From assembly GCA_016206175.1 (NCBI GenBank), contig JACQSB010000019.1, positions 7,079-71,078 of the forward strand: DNA of 64,000 bases, in the 5' to 3' direction. Shown here piece after piece: positions 46,946-56,321 of this stretch; position 1 is the first letter of the stretch, and every line of letters begins with the position of its first letter. Position numbers and translations under genes: made by a program. The DNA comes from Candidatus Uhrbacteria bacterium (GTDB lineage: Bacteria > Patescibacteriota > Patescibacteriia > JACQRZ01). Below the pieces are notes generated by a model. The model was not told the origin of the DNA. It saw only the letters and a program-made list of their open reading frames with translations, and did no database searches.

Positions 46946-47759
46946 AAAAATAGTATTGGATAAATGACAGCAAAGAGTCGTGGTACAATGCAACAAGCGC
47001 GGTCGCCGCGGCAAGAAAAGGTCCAAACGGCACAGCGCTTTTGCGCGTATATCCGAAAAAGATCATGAGCACCACGCTTACTAAGCTGCCGATCATGTAG
47101 GAAAGAAAAAGCACAATCAGTATTCCCGGGTATCCCGTCATCATGCCGAATAGCAAACCGAGATAGATATCCCCGCTTCCCACCCACCTCCCGCGCGACA
47201 CTGCGTACTGGGCAAAGAAAAATAAGGCGCCGATACTGCCTGCAAACAGGTACTGCGCCCATCCTACCTGTAATGTACAGGAAAAAAACGATGAACACGG
47301 TTCCGTACTAACCAAAAAGGGGCTGTTGAGAAAATAGGCAGTCGTCGCAAACAAAAGTGTCGGGATAACAGGCACTACCATCCAGCGCCAGTCATAAACA
47401 AATAATATAATGATCACTGCCAAGAAAAACCAAAGCCTAATCAGCTCCGCAATATCCCCTATTCCCGCATTGATAAAACCATACGGAAAGATGCGGGTGT
47501 AAGCAAGTACAAACAAAATGCCTGCCGCGAATTCAACAAGCGGATATTGGATCGTGAGCGGTACGCTACATGTGCGGCACTTGCCGCGCACAAGGAGATA
47601 GCTGAAGATCGGTATGAGATCAGCTATTCCAAGCTTTCTCTCACACGCATCGCATTGTGACCGCCCGCGAAACGGCGAACGGCCTTCATACGAACGCATG
47701 ATATATACATTGAGAAAACTGCCAACCGTAATGCCGATAACAAATGAAAGAATCATCAT
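46935..47759 (-). CDS. pilD: Prepilin peptidase (A24 family, PilD-like)
   Basis: N-terminal Cys motif GRSQCDACERKL...RGKCRTC, and catalytic Asp regions YDWRWMVVP and GSGDIYLG. Confidence 0.9.
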   Translation of the reverse strand: MMILSFVIGITVGSFLNVYIMRSYEGRSPFRGRSQCDACERKLGIADLIPIFSYLLVRGKCRTCSVPLTIQYPLVEFAAGILFVLAYTRIFPYGFINAGIGDIAELIRLWFFLAVIIILFVYDWRWMVVPVIPTLLFATTAYFLNSPFLVSTEPCSSFFSCTLQVGWAQYLFAGSIGALFFFAQYAVSRGRWVGSGDIYLGLLFGMMTGYPGILIVLFLSYMIGSLVSVVLMIFFGYTRKSAVPFGPFLAAATALVALYHDSLLSFIQYYFYAV

Positions 47760-47790
47760 TTCCTCATCATATCAATTCCATTGGATAACG

Positions 47791-47834
47791 AAAAGAGCCC
47801 CTCTACGCCATAGGCTACGAAGGGCTCTTTTTTC
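47791..47834 (-). terminator. Intrinsic terminator downstream of the pilin gene
   Basis: Stem agagccc (47794-47800) / gggctct (47822-47828) with T-runs on both strands. Confidence 0.6.
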
Positions 47835-47849
47835 GATATCAAAACCAAA

Positions 47850-48326
47850 CTAGGCGCCTGGCTGGATACCGGTTTGTGTTGCTTTGTGTGTTTTCTTTGG
47901 CTCGAGATTTCCTGTCTTTGTTTCGAGCTGGAATTTTATTTCATATCCAGTACAAGCATCGGTACAATCAGCAGGTGTAGCGGTGTAGACATATTTGAGA
48001 TCAGCTTTGCTGGTTGGATCAGCAGGAACTGGATTTAAGTAAACAGTTCCGCAGCCAGTGGTATCTGCTTGGGCGCCCTTGTCACAAACGACAACATAAT
48101 TACCAGCGCCAAGCGTAGCATCCTTACCAGAAGGATAATATCCTCCCGTATCGCTGCTATAGAGTTCCAGTGCTGACTGGACCTGCTTAATATCCGAAAC
48201 GCGCTTTGAGTCGCGTGCCTTGGCGCGGGCATTGCCGACTGACACTACCGTGACGGTCGCAAGAATGCCGATGATACCGATGGTCACGAGAAGCTCAACG
48301 AGCGTAAAACCACTTGCTTTTCGCAT
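47850..48326 (-). CDS. Type IV pilin (major pilin candidate)
   Basis: MRKASGFTLVELLVTIGIIGILATVTVVS prepilin leader plus N-terminal helix, with C-terminal Cys pairs. Has its own promoter and terminator. Confidence 0.88.
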   Translation of the reverse strand: MRKASGFTLVELLVTIGIIGILATVTVVSVGNARAKARDSKRVSDIKQVQSALELYSSDTGGYYPSGKDATLGAGNYVVVCDKGAQADTTGCGTVYLNPVPADPTSKADLKYVYTATPADCTDACTGYEIKFQLETKTGNLEPKKTHKATQTGIQPGA

Positions 48327-48423
48327 ACACATTGAATTTATGCATTAAATTAAGAAACCGCGATATCGCCAACCAAACGATATCATCAATGGAATAATAT
48401 ACTTATCCACAATGGATAATAGT

Positions 48424-48432
48424 ATTATAGCA
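48424..48432 (-). promoter_or_regulatory. Extended -10 promoter element upstream of the pilin gene
   Basis: The minus strand reads TGcTATAAT (perfect -10 with a TGn extension), about 95 nt upstream of the pilin ATG. Confidence 0.45.
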
Positions 48433-48475
48433 CATTTTTTGTCATGTGGGGATACCTTACCATTCCGCCCGAATT

Positions 48476-49693
48476 CTAAAATTGCGAAGTCAACGTATAC
48501 ATCGGCAAAAGGATCCCGGCAACCATCACGCCCACGCCAAGACCTAACAGCACCATGATTGCCGGCTCGATAAGAGAAATCACATTTTCAATCATCGCGT
48601 TGATCTCGCGCACATAAAACGACGTCACCTTGTTCAGCACATCATCGAGTCGCCCCGTCTGTTCGCCTACCGAAAGCATCTGTGAAACAAGTGACGGCAC
48701 ATATTTCGATTTTGAAAATACCGATGAGACGGGATTGCCATCTTCCACAGCTTTTACGGTCTGATCAATCAGGTCTTCATAGACAGCGTTTCCGATCACA
48801 TCTCGTACCACGCGTAAACCCTGCGGCACGGTGATGCCTCCGACCAAAATCGTTGAAAAACTCCGCGTGAAGCGCACCAAGTAGACATACTTAAATAAAG
48901 CTCCGAATATCGGAATTTTCAGTTTTACGGTGTCAAACATGCGCTTCCCCTCCGGCGTACGACCATAGTAACTGGCGCCGACACCAAGACCGATCGCTCC
49001 CGCCAATATCAGCCACCAAAATGCCTGAAAAAAGCCGGTCGTTGAGATAAGGATACGGGTTGTTAGCGGCAATACAACATCCGGCCCCAACTCGGAAAAC
49101 ATCGTGAGCATCTTCGGCAATACAAATGTCATCATCACAAACGCGGCAATAATCAGCAAGGACACAATAAAGATCGGGTACGTCATGGCGCCGATGATCT
49201 TAGATTGCAATTCGTAATCTTTTTCCTGCTGGTCTGCCAAGTAATTGAGTGTATCGTCAAGTTTGCCGGATGTCTCTCCAGATTTGATCATGTTGATAAA
49301 AAACGTGCCAAATACCTTTGGATATCTCTCGAGCGCTAAAGAAAGTTTCGTGCCTCCTTCTACCTCATCGACAATTTCCCGCAATGCCACTTGCAACACC
49401 TTATTTTCAACTTGATTGGAAAGCATCCGTAATGCCTGAACAAGCGGAATAGCCGCAGCAATCAATATAGATAGCTGCCGCAAAAAAATCGCAAGGTCTT
49501 TTTTTGAGACCTTATTGAAAAACTTATTAATAGCTTCAACGAAATCCGATTGCTTGCCAACCTCCTCAAGACTGGTGACGACCAACTCGCGATCCATCAA
49601 GAGACTCGCTGCCTTATCTTTTGAGTCAGCATCAATGGCACCCTCAACAACGGCGTCCGATTGATTACGAGCTTTGTACTTATATTGGGGCAT
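48476..49693 (-). CDS. pilC: Type IV pilus assembly platform protein PilC (GspF family)
   Basis: 405 aa. Two T2SSF repeats (GETSGKLDDTLNYLAD and GEQTGRLDDVLNKV) and 3 TM segments. Confidence 0.92.
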   Translation of the reverse strand: MPQYKYKARNQSDAVVEGAIDADSKDKAASLLMDRELVVTSLEEVGKQSDFVEAINKFFNKVSKKDLAIFLRQLSILIAAAIPLVQALRMLSNQVENKVLQVALREIVDEVEGGTKLSLALERYPKVFGTFFINMIKSGETSGKLDDTLNYLADQQEKDYELQSKIIGAMTYPIFIVSLLIIAAFVMMTFVLPKMLTMFSELGPDVVLPLTTRILISTTGFFQAFWWLILAGAIGLGVGASYYGRTPEGKRMFDTVKLKIPIFGALFKYVYLVRFTRSFSTILVGGITVPQGLRVVRDVIGNAVYEDLIDQTVKAVEDGNPVSSVFSKSKYVPSLVSQMLSVGEQTGRLDDVLNKVTSFYVREINAMIENVISLIEPAIMVLLGLGVGVMVAGILLPMYTLTSQF

Positions 49694-49728
49694 GAAAAAG
49701 CTAGGGTAGAGGGTTTAGGGTAGAGGCA

Positions 49729-50775
49729 CTAGAATTGTTCTAAGAAACGAATGTCATTGCTGTACAAGAGACGCAAATCGCCGATATTGAGATTATTTTT
49801 CATCATATATGATCGCTCGACACCAAAACCAAATGCAAAACCAGTATACTGTTTTGGATCGTATCCGCCCGCTTTCAGCACGTTGGGATGCACCATACCT
49901 GCACCGCCGATCTCTGACCAGCCGTCTTTGCAATAGGCACAGGATCGCCCCAGGCAGATGCCGCATGTGACATCAATCTCAAAACTCGGCTCCGTAAATC
50001 GGAAATGATACGGACGAAGACGCGCTTTGCGTCCTTCGCCAAAAAAATGCGTGACAAAATGCTGGATCGTGCCGATCAACTGCCGCATGGTGACAGTGGT
50101 ATCGACAGCAAGACCTTCAAACTGATGAAACATCGGGAGGTGGGAAATATCAATCTGGCGCCGATAACACTTTGCGATATTGACCATACGGACACCTTCG
50201 CCACGTTTTTTTCGTTTTTCCATTTCCCGTACCTGTCCTGACGAAGTGTGCGGCGTCAACAGCACCCTGCCGTATTTTCCTACTTCCTTTTCACTGATAA
50301 AAAAGGTTTCCCATTCATCGCGGGCAGGATGATCCTTCGGCATATTCAGCGATTCAAACGCGTAATGATCCCACTCAATCTCCCTGTAACTCATGCGGGA
50401 AAATCCGAGCGGCAAAAAAATCTTTTCGATCTCTTCGATCGCGCGTGTCACCAAGTGAAGATGGCCTTGCGCTGAATGTACGCCAGGCAAAGTAACATCA
50501 AGGGATGGTTCAAGATCAGCTGTACTACGTGCGGCAAACGATTCTTTCACGGTTTGGAATACCTGCTCTAGCTCCTGCTTCGTTGTGTTGATCAACTGCC
50601 CCAATGCAGGACGTTCTGATGCGGGAGCTGCACTGATTTTTCGCGCCAGATTAGTAAACCTCCCTTTTCGGCCGAGAATATCAAATTCATACTGTCGCAA
50701 CTGATCTGCGTCGGTTATCTCTGCCAGATGTTCCTTTACGCTTGTAAGTAATGATTGCAATTCGTCTTTCAACAT
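49729..50775 (-). CDS. pheS: Phenylalanine--tRNA ligase alpha subunit
   Basis: HPARDEWETFF, FRFTEPSFEID (motif 2), and GAGMVHPNVL...GFAFGFGVERSYM (motif 3). Confidence 0.94.
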   Translation of the reverse strand: MLKDELQSLLTSVKEHLAEITDADQLRQYEFDILGRKGRFTNLARKISAAPASERPALGQLINTTKQELEQVFQTVKESFAARSTADLEPSLDVTLPGVHSAQGHLHLVTRAIEEIEKIFLPLGFSRMSYREIEWDHYAFESLNMPKDHPARDEWETFFISEKEVGKYGRVLLTPHTSSGQVREMEKRKKRGEGVRMVNIAKCYRRQIDISHLPMFHQFEGLAVDTTVTMRQLIGTIQHFVTHFFGEGRKARLRPYHFRFTEPSFEIDVTCGICLGRSCAYCKDGWSEIGGAGMVHPNVLKAGGYDPKQYTGFAFGFGVERSYMMKNNLNIGDLRLLYSNDIRFLEQF

Positions 50776-50785
50776 ATCAAATTAT

Positions 50786-51184
50786 CTACCGCTGCCGTGC
50801 CGGCTTGCGGGAGATGAGGAATAATTCAGCAACAGTAAGCCCGATGATCAATAATAAAAGATTGTACCATGTTAGTAACCGCTGTCCTTGCAATAGTAAG
50901 ATGCCATCGAGCAGCATCGCGAAGAAAATCCCCTGCCGAAACGAAATCGCAACCTTCTGAAAGAGAAGTTCGTCGCGCATCATGGTAAGCCGCATAAGGA
51001 ATCCGAGGAGAGAAAAGGTGCCGATCAAAGCACATGTGAGGCTGCCGTAGAATAATAAAAAACCGACCGGACCTGTCTGAAATGGGTTCACATTCACAAG
51101 TACAGTATACCACGCTCCCCAAGAAATGAGAGTGCCGCTCGCGAGTATGATGAGATAGTGGATTAAGGACATACGATAACGCAA
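50786..51184 (-). CDS. Hypothetical 4-TM membrane protein
   Basis: 132 aa, four hydrophobic segments, no motif recognised. Confidence 0.55.
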   Translation of the reverse strand: MRYRMSLIHYLIILASGTLISWGAWYTVLVNVNPFQTGPVGFLLFYGSLTCALIGTFSLLGFLMRLTMMRDELLFQKVAISFRQGIFFAMLLDGILLLQGQRLLTWYNLLLLIIGLTVAELFLISRKPARQR

Positions 51185-51194
51185 ATGTCAGAAC

Positions 51195-51683
51195 TCAAAA
51201 CGCAAATCCTTCGGGTGTTACGATATGGACTCCCTTCGACGCAACCGCGTTTGTTTCAAACTCAAATTGTATTGTATACCATTGGCAGCCATTCTGCGAG
51301 GCGCAGATCGATTTCCGATCGGCGCCAAACGTTGCATACGCCATAAAAGCGTTCTCTCCATCGCTTCCAAGAGGGCTCAGATACCCGATAAACCCCTCTT
51401 TGCAGCCATCGGCAGAACGATCGGTGATCCCTGCTTTACTCATGCAATCGGCTCCGGTTACACCCAAAAGCATAGACCCTTCTACCGCTGGTGGAAAGAT
51501 GGCATAACGTGAGGCATACGCACCGAACATCGACTGTGTCTCAAGCACACGGCTCATGCGTTGGATATCTCTGCTCCTTGCTTGCTCATATTGGTTCAAA
51601 AACCATGCGCCAACAGCAAATGCGACGACGAGCAGCCCTGCCCCGATCCGTTCAAGTAGTATTTGTCTCTGTTCGGAATCCAT
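51195..51683 (-). CDS. Hypothetical membrane-anchored protein
   Basis: 162 aa. One N-terminal TM segment (GAGLLVVAFAVGAWFL), then a Cys-containing soluble domain. Confidence 0.55.
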   Translation of the reverse strand: MDSEQRQILLERIGAGLLVVAFAVGAWFLNQYEQARSRDIQRMSRVLETQSMFGAYASRYAIFPPAVEGSMLLGVTGADCMSKAGITDRSADGCKEGFIGYLSPLGSDGENAFMAYATFGADRKSICASQNGCQWYTIQFEFETNAVASKGVHIVTPEGFAF

Positions 51684-51692
51684 ATAGTAGCG

Positions 51693-52007
51693 CTAGCCTT
51701 CTTGTTTCGGAATTTCTAAAATGACTTGGATACGCTCGGCGAGAGGTTTGACGCATCCTTGATTAAGCGTATCCAAAATTTCTTTCTCGTGCGAACCAAG
51801 CATGGCCGCGATGGATGCATCTGATACGGATATCGTGAGCGTGCGATACTTGATGTAGGCAGCGCGCGCTCGTGCCTTTCGCATCTGGCCAAGAGCACGC
51901 GCAAGCGTGCTATTCACCCGCTCTAACGCCAGAGAAACAGTAACTCCCTGCGTGACATTGGCGCGGTGCGTAGCATTCTGGAGGAGTGAAGAAAGAGGAA
52001 GAAACAT
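51693..52007 (-). CDS. DUF721 (DciA-like) domain protein
   Basis: 104 aa. AAYIKYRTLTISVSDASIAAMLGSHEKEILDTLNQ resembles the DUF721 core (L.V.V.SS.WA.EL...K.EIL.KLN). Confidence 0.5.
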   Translation of the reverse strand: MFLPLSSLLQNATHRANVTQGVTVSLALERVNSTLARALGQMRKARARAAYIKYRTLTISVSDASIAAMLGSHEKEILDTLNQGCVKPLAERIQVILEIPKQEG

Positions 52008-52075
52008 ATCATTCGAGATCTATGGAATGTTCGTTACGTTCAGTGAGCTCATGGATAATTTCTCTACCGCCTTAG

Positions 52076-55000
52076 TTATAGCTGCCGATATTCACAAATG
52101 TCTCGAAAGTCGCAAGACTTGCAATGCCAACCCGGCGTTGGGGCAAAATCGCTGTTCTTCAATGCCGCGACCGTCTTTGCGATGCGCTGTGTTAAGGCAT
52201 GTTTCTCTTTTTCAGTGCCAAGGAATGAAATCTTTCTGCCGCTGCCAAGATAGTAATATGTCAACGAGAGCGGCTTTTCATGCATGACTTCTTCTACGGC
52301 AAGCTGGTAGAGCACGAGCTGTTCTTTATCTTGTGATGATAACGCATCCCCCTTTTTGCCCTCGCCAGTCTTATAGTCAATGATCGCTATACCGCCTTCT
52401 ACACGGTCAATTCTGTCAATCCGTCCTTTGATAGTAATAGCAGAATCCCCGACGCTGATCTTCATAGTAAACTCTTGCTCTACCGCATACGGACGCGGCT
52501 GCTCGCGGATCAGCTCATCATAAAACGTTTTCAACAGCGCGCGGCCTTTCGCGCGGTACTCTTCTTTTTGCCGAGCGTTTACAAACCAGTCATCATGCCA
52601 AGACCGTTCGTAATGAGCAAGTAAATCCTCAAAAGGCGGATAGGAAGCCGCCTCGCTGTCAGTATACTCCTTTTTCTCTGCGCCGAAAAGATCCGCTTGA
52701 GCGCGTGATCCGCGTTCAATGATCTGCTCCACATAGCGCTGTAGCGCAAGGTGGATCGTTTTGCCAAAGCTAAATTGGGCTTTTCCGAATACCGGTATCT
52801 TGAGCAAAAATGAAAATTTATACTGGAGCGGGCACGTGGTGAATGCGGTCAATTGGGTAAAACTGTATACAGTTGGAAGTACAAAAGGATGTTGTCCATT
52901 TGTTTGAACTTGCGACGGAGCAACAGCAGCAACCTCATCGAGCGTTTTTTCTTTTCCCATTTTCAGGGCGTCCAATCCTTTTTCCAAAACACCGACTTCG
53001 TACAAAAATACCGAGGGTTTCTTTGCGCGCGCCATACCATAATCTTGCGACGATGATAGGTATATGCTCTCCCGCGCTCGGGTCAGCGCGACATAAAAGA
53101 GTCGCCGCTCTTCTTGCAGGTGGACATCTCCTTCCGGCACGATCTCTCTGATGAGATCGTCAGGCAGCGCAATTGCATCTTCTCGTTCAACAGTAGGAAA
53201 ACGACGGTCCACCATGTTGACAATGAACACATGGGGAAATTCAAGACCCTTTGACGCATGGATCGTCATAATCTTTACCGCATCAGGTCCGCTGTCAGAC
53301 CCGATACGAAGCTTGCCGGAATCTCCCGCTTCTTGTTCATAGGAAAGAAGCTCAAGAAAATCTTTGAGCCGTGCATCGGGATACTCTGTCTGAAACGCGC
53401 TCATTTTTTTATACAGCTGATTCAAATAATCCAGAGCGTCTCGTTTTTCAAGCGTGTCTGCGTCTTTGAGAAATGAAAGATATCCGGTATCACGCAGGAT
53501 GTGCACGAGCAACTCAACACAATGCCTGCTCCTTGCAAGACCCGCGTGCTTTTGCACGAAACCGGTGATCTGCGAAATTGTCTCACGATCTTTCTTTTCA
53601 ATGCGGTTGAGCGTTTCGGTCTTATTGCATGCTTCCCACAATGACGTACCTTTCTGCTGGGCGGCGTGACCAAGTTCGATGAGCGAGGCAGTATTGATAT
53701 GGAAGCAGGGCCAAGAGAGTACGCGATACAGCGATGGCCCTTCGTAATAATTGACCACGATGCGGCAGTATGCAAGCACATCAATGATCACGGGTTTTGC
53801 ATACAGTCCGCGTAATGACAAAAATTGGTACGGGATTTCCAGCTCGCTCAACCGCGCGATAAACGGTTGCGCGGTAGTATTTGCGCGCACCAGGATCGCG
53901 TTGTCAGACCACAACGAATCCGGCTTGCTGTTTTTCATCTCTATAATCTTTTCTATGACGCGCTCCACTTCTTCTTCAAGAGTCGCACAATGGATGTGGG
54001 AAATAACGCCGACAGAATCGTGATGTGCCGTGAGCCGCTTAGATAATTCCCTGCTCTGCTCTCCCCTTTCACTGCCTCGCGCAGTGCTGCCGTATTCCGC
54101 CAGTTGACATTCGAGACGATGTGGATCATTGCGCTTGATGAACTGATAAGAGCAATCAAGGATATTTTGGCATGAGCGATAGTTTTGTGTCAGCGCGATC
54201 TCGCGACTGGTCGGATAATCTTTTTTGAATTGCAGAATATTATGGTACGAGGCTCCGCGGAATCGGAAGATTGCCTGATCATCATCGCCCACAACGGTAA
54301 GATTGTTGCGGGGAGACGCAAGCATCTTAATCAGTTGGTATTGAGCATGGTTAGTATCCTGAAATTCATCAACAAGGACGGTATGAAACTGCTTTTGATA
54401 CCGCTCCAAGAGCGCGGGGCGTTTTTGGAATAGGCGGAGCGTGTAGGTGATGAGATCTCCAAAATCAAGCGCGTTTTTCTCCAAGAGGAGCTGTTGATAT
54501 ATATGGTACGCTTCAGCGATCTCGCGTATGCGTTTCAACTCATCTCCCGCAGCGTCTGCCGTCTCTTGATCAGTATCGAGTGTTTTATTCTGTGCGTATT
54601 CTATGTAAGTTTCCGGCGAGATGTCTTCATCTTTTGCGCGCGAAAAATGATTGAGCAACGCGTGGATGAATTTCGATGGGTTACCCAAAGGACGGTAATA
54701 GTCGAGTTTGAAACGATCAAGATGTTGCCGCACGAGAAGCCATGCGGATGTCTGATCGAGTAATTTGAAATCATTAGGCAAACCGATATCAAGACCGTGC
54801 CTCTGGAGTATGCGCTCACAAAACGCGTGGAATGTCATAATCCAAAGATTGACGTATCCGTACGGCAATAGACGATCTACGCGCTCTTCCATTTCGCCGG
54901 CAGCTTTATCGGTAAATGTAACGGCAAGGATTTCATCCGGCTTGCATGTGCCAGAAAGGATGAGCCAGGCGATTTTGCGAGTGATGACAGTCGTTTTTCC

Positions 55001-55102
55001 CGTACCTGCGCCGGCAACAATAAGCAGCGGACCGGCGGGAGCCATTACCGCTGCCCGCTGTTCCTCATTAAGATCGCTGAGAAGAAAATCAAGAGATGAC
55101 AT
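52076..55102 (-). CDS. UvrD/PcrA-type superfamily 1 helicase fused to a C-terminal Cas4/AddB-like PD-(D/E)XK nuclease
   Basis: About 1008 aa from the ATG at 55102. AGAGTGKT (Walker A), VDEFQDTN, TIHASKGLEF, VALTRAR. The C-terminal module has C-x(n)-CxxCxxxxxC (TTCPLQYKF ... CKSCDFRDICEY) and IDRIDR...IIDYKTG. Confidence 0.9.
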   Translation of the reverse strand: MSSLDFLLSDLNEEQRAAVMAPAGPLLIVAGAGTGKTTVITRKIAWLILSGTCKPDEILAVTFTDKAAGEMEERVDRLLPYGYVNLWIMTFHAFCERILQRHGLDIGLPNDFKLLDQTSAWLLVRQHLDRFKLDYYRPLGNPSKFIHALLNHFSRAKDEDISPETYIEYAQNKTLDTDQETADAAGDELKRIREIAEAYHIYQQLLLEKNALDFGDLITYTLRLFQKRPALLERYQKQFHTVLVDEFQDTNHAQYQLIKMLASPRNNLTVVGDDDQAIFRFRGASYHNILQFKKDYPTSREIALTQNYRSCQNILDCSYQFIKRNDPHRLECQLAEYGSTARGSERGEQSRELSKRLTAHHDSVGVISHIHCATLEEEVERVIEKIIEMKNSKPDSLWSDNAILVRANTTAQPFIARLSELEIPYQFLSLRGLYAKPVIIDVLAYCRIVVNYYEGPSLYRVLSWPCFHINTASLIELGHAAQQKGTSLWEACNKTETLNRIEKKDRETISQITGFVQKHAGLARSRHCVELLVHILRDTGYLSFLKDADTLEKRDALDYLNQLYKKMSAFQTEYPDARLKDFLELLSYEQEAGDSGKLRIGSDSGPDAVKIMTIHASKGLEFPHVFIVNMVDRRFPTVEREDAIALPDDLIREIVPEGDVHLQEERRLFYVALTRARESIYLSSSQDYGMARAKKPSVFLYEVGVLEKGLDALKMGKEKTLDEVAAVAPSQVQTNGQHPFVLPTVYSFTQLTAFTTCPLQYKFSFLLKIPVFGKAQFSFGKTIHLALQRYVEQIIERGSRAQADLFGAEKKEYTDSEAASYPPFEDLLAHYERSWHDDWFVNARQKEEYRAKGRALLKTFYDELIREQPRPYAVEQEFTMKISVGDSAITIKGRIDRIDRVEGGIAIIDYKTGEGKKGDALSSQDKEQLVLYQLAVEEVMHEKPLSLTYYYLGSGRKISFLGTEKEKHALTQRIAKTVAALKNSDFAPTPGWHCKSCDFRDICEYRQL

Positions 55103-55198
55103 AGTGCCTAAAAGTATACCGACCGCATTGCCCTTTACGCAAGATGTTGCCTGCGGTATCTTTATCATTATACAAATATCGTGCAGAGGAGGTAACAA

Positions 55199-55387
55199 AT
55201 GAGCACGGTGCTCTGGGCTGTCGTGTGGGCAGCAACCTGTTATTTTTCTTTTCAATGTGGCATCGCTGTAGCCTGCCAAGCATTGGCAAAGGTTTCAAAG
55301 ACGCCAATCAAGATCCTTTTCCCTGTACGTATTCTGTTCGTTCTTTTTTGTTTTATTGGAGCAATCATACTGCTAAAAGTTCTCTAG
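55199..55387 (+). CDS. Small 2-TM membrane protein (orphan cassette 2, gene 1)
   Basis: 62 aa. SD gcaGAGGAGGtaacaaATG. Two hydrophobic helices (VLWAVVWAATCYFSFQCGIAVAC and ILFVLFCFIGAIILL). Confidence 0.55.
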   Translation: MSTVLWAVVWAATCYFSFQCGIAVACQALAKVSKTPIKILFPVRILFVLFCFIGAIILLKVL

Positions 55388-55411
55388 GATCATGTGAAAG
55401 GAGGCTCGCTC

Positions 55412-56074
55412 GTGCCAACCGGAGAAATGACGGATCCTGTATCCGTCGAAAAACGGCTCGCGGAAGGGCGCGAGCTGACCAAGCCGTTCGCTCCCCCTCC
55501 GCCACCCCGGCCGCCGATTACAAACAAGCTTTCCGGACCTGAAGAAGGGCCGGATAAGCGCCGGATGAGGTATCTCGTCCGACGGGCGCTGTTCGCTTTC
55601 GAGGAAGCCAATGGCCTTTGTCCTACGTTGCAAAATCTCCTCCCGGATTTTGCAAAGACGTGTCGCCTAGTCAACCTTCCCAACGTTCACGAGAGCATCA
55701 TTGTGGCACTTCGCGACAAGCTCGCTGAACTTCACGACCAAGACGCTCCACTGGCAGATATTCCTGAAGATGACAGCGAGCAGCTTGCCATGCAGTATCT
55801 TGGCGAGATCCCGGGGCCTTCTTCCGTAAGTAAAGAAGCGGCTCTTCTGTCCGCCGGAGACATCGGATCGCTTGCGCGGCGTCTTGATCTGGTGTCTGGG
55901 AGGAATGATTACGCGGAAACGATCCTGAAGACCCTGCAAGGATCGGCGTTCCCGCACCAAGACACGGTCGGGGAAATCCCTGCCACGAACCCTGATCGCA
56001 ACGCCGGCGGACTCGACTGGCTTACCAAAGCGCTTCGCACCCTCTTCGGTGGAAGAAAGCAGCGAGAAGCTTAA
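55412..56074 (+). CDS. Hypothetical protein with a proline-rich N-terminus (orphan cassette 2, gene 2)
   Basis: ORF open from 55394. I prefer GTG at 55412, preceded by AAAGGAGG with a 7-nt spacer; ATG at 55427 is the alternative. Contains PFAPPPPPRPP. No recognisable domain. Confidence 0.6.
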   Translation: MPTGEMTDPVSVEKRLAEGRELTKPFAPPPPPRPPITNKLSGPEEGPDKRRMRYLVRRALFAFEEANGLCPTLQNLLPDFAKTCRLVNLPNVHESIIVALRDKLAELHDQDAPLADIPEDDSEQLAMQYLGEIPGPSSVSKEAALLSAGDIGSLARRLDLVSGRNDYAETILKTLQGSAFPHQDTVGEIPATNPDRNAGGLDWLTKALRTLFGGRKQREA

Positions 56075-56099
56075 GGGTAGAACTCTTCAGGAGGTCCAC

Positions 56100-56288
56100 A
56101 TGCAACTCGAACACGTTCGGAGGAATACGCGAAATCTTCCGGACAATGAAATAAGCAGACTCGTCGATACCATCTTGGATAACCCTGAAAGGGCCCCACA
56201 GCAGGAGCAGGCAAAGGATGTTCCTCAATCGAGGAGGCTGCGCGGGGGGAGACTGCTAGCGGTTCTCAGGATATTGCGGCGGCCATGA
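56100..56288 (+). CDS. Small basic protein with an Arg/Leu amphipathic C-terminus (orphan cassette 2, gene 3)
   Basis: 62 aa from the ATG at 56100, preceded by cAGGAGGtccacATG. C-terminus is RRLRGGRLLAVLRILRRP. Followed by a terminator. Confidence 0.5.
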   Translation: MQLEHVRRNTRNLPDNEISRLVDTILDNPERAPQQEQAKDVPQSRRLRGGRLLAVLRILRRP

Positions 56289-56321
56289 AACGCCCCATTC
56301 GTTCTTCGCACCACACACTAC

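Noticed and set aside
55390-55960. Two minus-strand ORFs (55390-55683 and 55667-55960) inside orphan cassette 2.
   Set aside because: They have no SD or promoter context. They run antisense to ORFs that have ideal SDs and a shared terminator.
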